Of a DNA stretch of 32,511 nt, positions 24,201 to 32,511 are shown in pieces. Source of the stretch: Lenisia limosa (taxonomy: Eukaryota > Protista > Breviatea); assembly GCA_001655205.1 (NCBI GenBank), contig LPNZ01009474.1, positions 1-32,511 of the forward strand, given 5' to 3'. Both the position numbers and the translations under genes were made by a program. Below the pieces are notes generated by a model. The model saw only the letters and a program-made list of their open reading frames with translations. It had not been told where the DNA came from and made no database searches. Position 1 is the stretch's first letter; each line of letters opens with the position of its first letter.

Positions 24201-24591
24201 AAGCCATTCCCAATCTAAAATCGATAAAGGTCTGTGAACTTACTGTGCAAGAGGGGATCCGTGAAACATTTTCAAACTCAAAATGCTCCATATTCTAAAA
24301 CTAGGGTTACTTCAAGATCAAATTAACCTTGCGCATATCAGACAAATCAGCATTTGCAGTTACTCCAAGCTGAAGCAGCCAGAGCAAGAAGATGAACACA
24401 ATAGGGGTGATGAGCTGGAAGAAAGTAGAGACGGGATTGCGTTTCTATTAAGTTACAACTGAGCTCTTTCCCACCGCTATTTTGAAGTTCTTCTTAATAA
24501 GAAGCTTTGATTGCCTCCAGATAGAAACCTGCAATTCTATGTTGTTACAAAACAGCCTCATTATCACTAGCAAACCAGGAGTCATCGTCAT
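21204..24591 (-). CDS. Half-size ABC transporter, subfamily A (one TMD + one NBD), copy 1
   Basis: [26 protein letters not shown]; [27 protein letters not shown]; Walker [12 protein letters not shown]; GVCPQHDILF; signature SGGTKRRLS; Walker B FLDEP; TTHSMEEA; ends [14 protein letters not shown]. Confidence 0.92.
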
Positions 24592-25098
24592 GGAACGGAA
24601 GGGGAAGTGTCAAAAAGCCAATTAAAACGGTCGAAAGTACTTAAACAATTTATAAATTCGTGTTTTAAGTGTAAAAGTGCTTGGATAGCCAGAGCGGTGG
24701 AATGCGGCAAGTTTGCTGAAGCGCATCCTACCGTTGGAAGTACGATGTTGATATATAAGGAGTTTTCTGACTTGTTTCGTCCTTACTTTTATCATTATTG
24801 TTCAATAAAACTGCCGACTTTGTTTTTCGGGTGAGTTTTGACCTGATCTGTCTCGGTCATCTTCCCCAACATTATTTTGGGGAACCCTCTTGTTCCTTCT
24901 TGGCTTTGGTTAAATTCAGCATACTATAGTATATGTTTTTTAAAAGGATTTCTCTTGGATTGAAGCATTCCTTCCTTAAATTGCCTTTGTTTTTGGATGC
25001 TGACAATGAACATTCCAGCCTTTTTTTACCCTCTTCAGCAAACTTACAACGAACTGACGATTTGGTGTTTTCAAAGTTCCAAAGCTGCTCCTTAAGTG
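24592..25098. promoter_or_regulatory. Candidate bidirectional promoter between the two ABCA genes
   Basis: 507-nt interval between divergent start codons; promoter function is inferred from position only. Confidence 0.55.
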
Positions 25099-28000
25099 AT
25101 GGTTGATTCCAATGGTATGCCTGATTTCGTTTTACAGTTCTCTGATCAATAAGAGCGCCAACGGTTCCCTTCTGGAGGTTCTACAAGAACTCATTTCCTG
25201 GCATTGTTCTCCAAGGCATGGACTAATCAGAAACGACAGGCCAAGACAAACTGTGCTCAAATTGCTTTTCCACTTGCAATTGTTGGGTAAAAATCTCCGT
25301 CCGATGACTTTCCAGATAATTTTGATGTGGCTGAGTCAACAGTTTGTTAACACTTTGGTCCGTGCCGATGGAAAGTACACCCCCATCTTTCGTCATCCTG
25401 AGCTTGTTCCTCCTTTCTTTATGTAAGACCATTTTCCAACTCATAATCAGTGCTCCAAAGAAGAACAGTGGCGTCTGCCCTGACCCTGGCCGTGAAGTTG
25501 AGAAGTACAGCCATTCAAATAAAGTCTTTATCCATCATGCTTCTGGACTGGATGTTGGCCACTATTTAGAAAAAGTATGTCTTGCCTTTTTCACAGAGAT
25601 GACGGTTTAGATGGTCGATTCAACAGGTCTTCTCAAAGATGGTACTAGGATATCTCTCAAGGGTACCTCGTCAGTCTACCTCAGAGACCTCGACCTTGGC
25701 GAAGACCAAAGACCAGGTGTGCTTTCTTGAATTGATTGAGAAATAAAATTGCACGCATGTTCACTCAGCTTAGGTTTTGAAAATTTGACTTATGTTCGCC
25801 AGGAGAACCAGTTTCCTGTATCTCTTGTAAGGCGAGATGGAATGTGTTACAGTTTAGGTCTATGAAATTGTGCCTATTGTCTCACCAGTTGGGGTTTTCC
25901 AGTGGGAGTGCCTTCGTCATCCTTATGAATCCGAAGTTCAGTTTCATGTACATGACAAATGGACTCTGTTTGATGGGGTTTTTTGTTAAGTGCGTTGCTC
26001 TCATAAACATAGAACTGAATTGGAACGGAACATTCATGATCAATGGAATGAAGATGAGAAGTATCAAAAGTGGAGAGCTGGAGGGGTCATCTTTCAGGAA
26101 GCAACCTCTTTTGAGGTTGGTGAAAACTGTTTTTTATTCACTTATTTTTCCGTTTAGAAACACTTTGTGGAATATGGAGTCGGCTACAACAATTCTATTG
26201 GAATCGGTCAAGAAGTGCCGAGAATTACCAACTTGGTTTGACAGGTTATTACTCATACTTCAGATTGCATCTGCTTTGTTCCGCCAAAATCTGCAAAAGA
26301 GAGGCCAGTCACCTGATGAAATTGTTTTCAAGGTTTAATCCAACGTTATTAACCCTTTAGGGAACGCGTGATTTTCCACAACTTGGAAAATTGAAGAACT
26401 TCGATGTCTATACAATCTTGGAAGGGCAAATGTACATTTTCATTCTACAAGTTAGTTAAAACGTAGATAAATGACCATTGAAGCTTCTCTTACCTGTCTT
26501 TATTTCAACTTTGGTTTATGAAAAGGAACACAACCTTTTGGGTATCATGAAGCTTATGGGATTAAAAATGGTATGTTTATAACTTGAAACACAATGACTA
26601 TATAGAGTGTACATTACATTCAAAGTTACATCTTTTTCCTGGGCATGTATGTTATGTCAACTGGATTTACTTATTTGCTTGGTTATCTGTTGAACTTTCC
26701 GTAAGTCCCTTAATTCTTGGTTCACTGTTCAGTTTTTGGGCTCGTAACGATGTTGCACCAATTGCAGTACTTCTGTTTTTATGGGGTAACTGTATGATTG
26801 CCATGTCTTTCTTCCTTTCGTATGTATTATCTTGATGGCCTATTGACTCTGTGTAGCACACTTATGAAATCTGCTCGAACCGCAATGGTGATGGGCTACC
26901 TCATTGTCATTGCTTTTGCTTTGTTTTCTGAAAGCATTGTGAAGAACTTTTACAATGAAGAGAATACTTCAGTGAGATTAGCTGGTCATCATGACATATA
27001 GGCTCAAGTAATTGCCTCGTGCATGATATTCCCTCCATTTGCGTTGTACCGTGGTATTCTTGCGCTCTCCAATAACGTATGGTTCCAGGTAAAATTGACT
27101 TTAAGGTTTCAGAATCTGGCCCAGGATTAACTTGGTCTCAAATCTCAGAAGTTGGAATGGACGAAGTAAGTTAACTGCTTCTCATGACTTTTCAGGCTTA
27201 TATTTACCTCACTATTGAATGGATTGTTTTTGGACTTCTTTCTTTTATTCTAACCAAGTTGTCAAAATCTAAATGTAAGACCATTTAATTGAGTTTTCAG
27301 TTTTCACATTTGTAGTTTCAAATTCCTCTTTCAATAAAGGTAACGGAAGGGGTTTCAGAAATGCCAATTTATCACGTTTACAGGCTCATTACCTTGTGGA
27401 AAGGAAGATGTTGATGCTGAAGTTAAGAGAGTACAAGAGTTAGGAAACGCACCTATTGCTATCAACAACCTTTATAAGGTATCAATCCGCTTTATTGGTA
27501 ACACTTTAGAACTATACTACCAGCTCTGGGGAAATCAATGCTGTCAATGGTCTGAGTCTAGTTGTGCAGCCTGGCTGCCTTGGGCTTCTTGGGTAGGCTA
27601 TCAGTTATTGTGATGTTTCAGTATAAACGGAGCTGGAAAGTCATCAGTGTTGTCGTGTGTTTCCGGCCAAGTCAATGCAACTTCTGGAGTGATCACTATC
27701 CATGGCCGTGATGTTTCTGTAAGACCTGCGTCTTACAGCTCTCTAATGTTGTACTTTTTTTAGGTTGAATCATATGATATCCATTTGGATATGGGTGTGT
27801 GCCCTCAGGATAACATTCTTTGGGGTAACTTGACCGCATATGAGGTATAATGTTTGTTGTTGCCTCACCTCCAAGCACCTACTCTTCTTTGGACGGTTGA
27901 AGGGACTGAAAGGATCCGAACTGCATTCGGAGATCTATCGTGTTTTGAAGCGTAAGTTGGGAGTTTCGGTTGACTGTTTAGAAGTGAACTTGCATGAGAC

Positions 28001-28786
28001 TGGAATGAAGAAGTCAGATGAGTTCAGCGGGGGTATGAAGCGTAGACTCTCCGTTGCCAACGCCCTGATTGGTTTGTCTTTGTATTGTATTGACTGTTAG
28101 GACGGCCCTCAGTTGTCCTCTTGGATGAACCAGCCACTGGACTTGATCCCGCGTCACGTTGTGCTTTGTGGAATGTTTGTGAGACTTGTCGTGATATTTC
28201 TAGGTTATAAACGAGTATAAAGAGACTTGTACCATTCTGCTGACCACCCACGACATGTCAGAAGCTGAAGAGCTGTGCGATCGTGTGGCAATCATGGAGG
28301 AAGGCGCTTTAATGGCTATTGGAACTGTGTAAGCGTACTAATAAAGATATCATTTTCAGGGCTGAGCTAAAAACTCGTTACTCAAAAGGTTTCAGTTTAA
28401 CTTTTGCCTGTAAAACCTCCGTCGAAGAAAAGAAAGCACAGAAGGTGGGGTATTTTCTTGCTCTCCTGACAGTTTAGTTCATTGAGAAAACTTGGAAACA
28501 CTCAAAGCTGGAAGCTTCCCTTGCTGGTTTGCATAATGACAGTCTTATTTTTCAGGAACTTCAACCTATCGTCTCTCCAAAAAGGACAACCCCGAAGAAG
28601 TCTTCCAGGTGATTTTCGAAAACAAAGCAATGCTAAATATCATTGATTGGTTTGTGGGGTCCAGCATAATATAATGTCTCTTTGAACCTATTTTTGTTAG
28701 AAAATTTTTTCCTCAGTTCACAAAATAGGGGACTCTCTGCCTGTGACCTCGAACACGTTTTTATTCAAGTCTTGAAAGAAAACTAA
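25099..28786 (+). CDS. Half-size ABC transporter, subfamily A (one TMD + one NBD), copy 2
   Basis: MVDSNERQ...HFLALFSKAWTNQKRQAKTN; LLPVFISTLVYEKEHNLLGIMKLMGL; SPFALYRG; Walker A LLGINGAGKS; GVCPQDNILW; signature FSGGMKRRLSVA; LLDEPATGLDP; TTHDMSEAEELCDR; ends LEHVFIQVLKEN*. Confidence 0.92.
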
Positions 28787-28914
28787 CTATTATTGTATTG
28801 GTTACATGAGGGCTTAATAATTTCAGTTTCTATTTACTCTGGCTTGGACCCTGATGATTATGATTCGTTAGATTACAAATAATATTCATAATAGGATAAA
28901 TACTCACAAACGGT

Positions 28915-29855
28915 TTAAAGGGACAGTTTGCACGCAGCGAAAGCAGGTTGTTCAAGAAGATTGTTGTGATAAGCAAGAGCCTTCTAAATAGTGAAACCAG
29001 AACGATGGATCAGAGTGACGCGAACCTTTACACCTTCGGTTTCAGGAAGAGTGACTACGCCCTGCTTCATGAACATCACTGCTCTCTCGAGAATTGGCCC
29101 ATAAGTTACATCAGCCTGATGGGTTACGGGGTATTCCATTTCTTTGTCCTACCATTGAGATCTCATCTCCCAGGAAGAACTTGCCTTGAATACATTCACC
29201 AAGTTCTTCAACGGACTAGGTAGGTTGTTAACTGTACTTTGCATATGATACCAAAAAACAATGATATATAATACAATGAGAATACAATACACTAAACCAG
29301 AGTGGAGCTTACTTTGATGACACCAGCGCGAGCAGCTTCACGCTCCTCATCGGACTCAGCCTTCTTCATTTTGTAGACAGCCATGAGGTGAGGTCCTGAG
29401 TTTGCGATGGCAATGCGGCATTTGGCACTGCGATATCAATCAAGAGGGGGTGTTGCTGGTGATTTAAAAGCAGTTATCATTCCCAATACCGGATGAAAGC
29501 AGTTTCAGGCATGACCTTGGGGCCTTCAAAAGCTTCATCAATATATTCAGCAATTACAGCAGACTCGTTAATAATCTTCTCACCATGCTTAATAACAGGA
29601 ACCTGAAAAGGAAAATTAGAGGAAAGCCATTTCCATACTTTTCCAAGAGGGTTGATCTTTAAAAACCAATCAGGCTTGTTTTGAAGGTCTAAAAGAGCAA
29701 ATAAATATCAGAATACGAAGTATGTAAAAAGAAATAACACCAATATTCCAAATACCGATGTTAATTAATTCAAACTTGACTTTCTTGAGTTCCAGCAGAA
29801 TTCTGATGCGGTGAGCGAAGGGACAACCATCAAAAGAATAAAGAGTAAGGTCCAT
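28915..29855 (-). CDS. Glutathione S-transferase, omega-like (CPFA active site)
   Basis: MDLTLYSFDGCPFAHRIRILLELK...IDLQNKPDWFLKINPLGKVPVIKHGEKIINESAVIAEYIDEAF...FFLGDEISMADVTY...QPAFAAC. The CPF motif, NP.GKVP, ES..I.EY and the N-capping S..D motif are all present. Confidence 0.9.
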
Positions 29856-30295
29856 TGTGTGTCTTTTTGAGTGTATTAGTCTCAACGTGAAGAATCCTTC
29901 TCACAGTTACAGTTTCTCAGTTTCTTCGACATTTTCGACGAAAGCTCGACAGATATATTTAACTGTAACCCCCCATGCTTGATTTTGAGTCTCCAGCAAA
30001 AATTCCTGAACCCGGTGGGGGGTCCCCCCTCATTTATTTGAGGTTCATTGTTCCAAGCAGCTCTGGGTCAATCCGGCCCGTGTTACTTTTTGCTCCCGTA
30101 GCCCGGGCCACGAGAAGTTCATTGGGTTTCATTTTGTGATTTTGAGCCATTGTGCAAGAGATAGACAGATATTAGGTGATTAGGTGATTTGATTAGTGAT
30201 TAGGTTTCATTGTGCCTCAGACAATATATCAATAAATCGAAAAGTTGAAGTTTCTATTTCTTGGCTGTAGGCTCACAGCCAGCTGAAGCTGAGCC
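29856..30295. promoter_or_regulatory. Candidate bidirectional promoter between the GST and Ig-repeat genes
   Basis: 440-nt divergent interval containing GGGGGGTCCCCCC (about 30017-30029), GC-rich patches and a short tandem repeat; function inferred from position. Confidence 0.45.
30171..30205. repeat. Imperfect (TTAGGTGA)-like tandem repeat about 90 nt upstream of the Ig-repeat gene
   Basis: attaggtgattaggtgatttgattagtgattaggt. Confidence 0.65.
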
Positions 30296-32511
30296 ATGAG
30301 ATATATATGGCTTTTTAGCCTGTTATTGTTGCTGGTTGCGGCGGAAGTGACTATAACGGCTCCAGCAGGTTCACCTTTGAGTTCTTGTGGAAAAGAAGGT
30401 TGGTGTTTTGGAGGGATGTGAAGGTTATATAAACTATTATATTAGTTTTTGACAATGACAGGAGTGTTGCCTGCTTTTGGTGTCTCCAGTGCCTTTTCTT
30501 CTGTTGATTTTTCCATTTCTTGCTCCTCGCCTCCCACAGTTTCAGGTATGTTCTTCGTTATATCATGTTTAACTACGGTGATTGAATTTGGGGGAGAATA
30601 AGTTTGTTTCATCGATCTGACAGGTTCAGATTGTTTGATCTCTGTTGAAGTTGCTCCTGGTGATGTGGCTTCTGTGACATTTTTAAGTGGATCAACTGGA
30701 TCGCTCTTTAAGGAGCTTTCGTTTTCAACAACACCTGCTATTGGTTTATCAATTCTTGGAACGATCTCCTTTGAAGCTCCGGACTACAATTATACAATTG
30801 GTTCTTCAGACACGTTCACTGTTACGGTCCAAGGAAGTACTAATGTCACTAATTCAGCTTCTTTGGATATCGAGGTTTCTTCTTGGCCCGTAACTGCGGA
30901 GTTGTCCCCGGCTGTCACTACTGTGTGCAGTGATTTCACAATTGTTTTGAAGGATGGCTGTGGAGACTCTCGTCGTTTCGGAGGGGACAACATCTCTGTC
31001 AAGTCTACTATTGACGCAGTTACAACAAATGCAACGATCACTGACCTTGAAGGAGGCAACTACAAGGTAACCATTGATTGGACCACTGTTGGATCTTATG
31101 ACTTGCTTATTGAACTCTCCCCCTTGACCCTTCTTTCTTCTCCAGTATCAGTTGTGGCTGATAGTTGGGTCTCGCAATTTTCTGTTTTTGGTTCCGGTTG
31201 GGGCACATCTGTTGCTGCTGCTACGAATGTGAGTATGGAGGTAATGCCAGAGGACACCTTTGGTAACCCCATTCCTGAGGGAAGGGGGGACTACCCCACT
31301 ATCTCTATATCCGTGGTATCAGCAGCTCTTGTGACCGTTTTAACCCCAGCATCTGCTGAGGTGTTTTCTTTAACAAATGCTGAAAGTTATTCAATCAACG
31401 TTGAGGTTGGAGGTAACCCTCAAAGTAACTCGTTGATGATCACTGCTGCTATCTGGGATTCTGTTTTCACTATCTCCGGCATTGGTTTTGACGGAACTCA
31501 TTCAGCTGGTTCGGATTTAGCTGTTAATATCACTCCTCTTGATAACTATGGTAACCCCATTCCCGAGGGAAGAGGGGACTACCCGTCACCTTTGACAGTA
31601 GTTGTTAAGGAGGGAGGTACGACAGTTCTGTCCACTACTCCATCCACCATTTTTCAAGTAACATCTGTTGGCAGTTTTACTGTTGAGGCAAAACATGATG
31701 ATGCTTTGATTGACGCTGCTACTATTATGATTGTTGCTGCGTCACCTTTAGCAAGCAAGGCTACTGCTTTGATTAATAATCTTGAGGGTTCTGTTGTAGC
31801 TGGTTCATCTCAAAATGTTACTGTCACTGTCTATGATGAATATAACAACACCATTCCTGAGACTAGACCTGACTACCCTCATATTGACATTTGGATCTTG
31901 TCTGACAGCAACGTTTTCGTTACTAGTCTCAGCAATAATGCAGCTGCAACGCCCCAGGTTACGGAAATTGGTTCCTATAAGTTGGTAATTCGTTTTGATG
32001 CGACAGAGGCAGTCCATCTTACGAAAACCTTTGTTGTTTTGGCTTCTGCTCCTGACCCAACGAAAACTAGAGTTTTATGGCCTTCAGCCATATTGACCGC
32101 TGGTACTACGGTCAATATTCGTGTTAGTGCCATTGACTCATATAACAATATCCTCTCTTTTCCAGCAGCCAGCGATGTTGCTTTGTCATTTACAACCTAT
32201 CAAGGTGTTCTTCCTGTTATCACAAAGGCTGCTGATGATCTTATTTTCAGTTTTACTGTGATCTCTTCTGGACTCCATGTCATACTCTGTAAAATCAATG
32301 ATGCTGATACTCAAAATACTACATCATCAATTACCGTCATTGCGTCGAGCCCGGTCATGGACGCGGCTAGCGTGGAAGTGGCGGGCACGATGCTGAGTTC
32401 GCCTCGCGTCGCCCACGCCACCAACTCTGGTACTCTGACCTTCAAGCTCAAGGACAGCTACGGCAACTACGTTCCGGCGGTTCGCAGCAGCAACCCGGCG
32501 TTTGTCGTTAC
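30296..32511 (+). CDS. Secreted or cell-surface protein with tandem filamin/Ig-like repeats (5' part only; open at the window end)
   Basis: Signal-peptide-like MRYIWLFSLLLLLVAAE; two short exons, then an uninterrupted ORF 30624-32511 with about 96-100 aa beta-rich repeats carrying D.(Y/F)GN motifs and a filamin-like LKDGCGDSRRFGGDN...DLEGGNYKV...GSY unit. Missing from the ORF track, probably because no stop codon lies in the window. Confidence 0.85.
31262..31585 (+). repeat. Near-identical coding repeat GGTAACCCCATTCCYGAGGGAAGRGGGGACTACCC (GNPIPEGRGDYP), two copies 288 nt apart
   Basis: Copies at about 31262-31296 and about 31550-31584; a diverged third copy (NNTIPETRPDYP) lies at about 31844-31879. 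Confidence 0.9.

Noticed and set aside
24607-24834. 75-aa ORF between the ABCA genes
   Set aside because: No recognisable motif or coding-like pattern; it lies in the probable promoter/UTR region.
30171-30205. TTAGG-containing repeat as an interstitial telomere
   Set aside because: The unit is TTAGGTGA-like, degenerate and only about four copies; kept as a simple repeat.

Overview
Compact, intron-dense eukaryotic (protist-type) genomic DNA using the standard genetic code (TAA and TAG end recognisable genes). Most introns are GT-AG and about 27-60 nt, so the supplied ORF track shows only fragments; all gene models here were spliced by hand. Eleven protein-coding genes were found, strictly alternating in strand: UBL5/HUB1 (+), SERINC (-), FadI/HADHB-type thiolase (+), SLC35F-type transporter (-), PH-domain protein (+), AATF/BFR2 (-), ankyrin-helical-Ser/Thr kinase-PARP fusion (+), half-size ABCA (-), half-size ABCA (+), omega-type GST (-), and a secreted filamin/Ig-like repeat protein (+, runs off the window). 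There are five N-gaps, four directly preceded by G or C homopolymers. No rRNA, tRNA, CRISPR or transposase was recognised. The most notable items are (1) one continuous gene joining ankyrin repeats, a long unassigned helical region, a kinase with a glycine-free P-loop and a tankyrase-like H-Y-E ADP-ribosyltransferase domain; (2) a head-to-head pair of two different half-ABCA subtypes; and (3) an RGD-bearing Ig-repeat surface protein whose GC3 jumps from about 25% to about 80% at a repeat boundary. The organism cannot be identified from the sequence alone.
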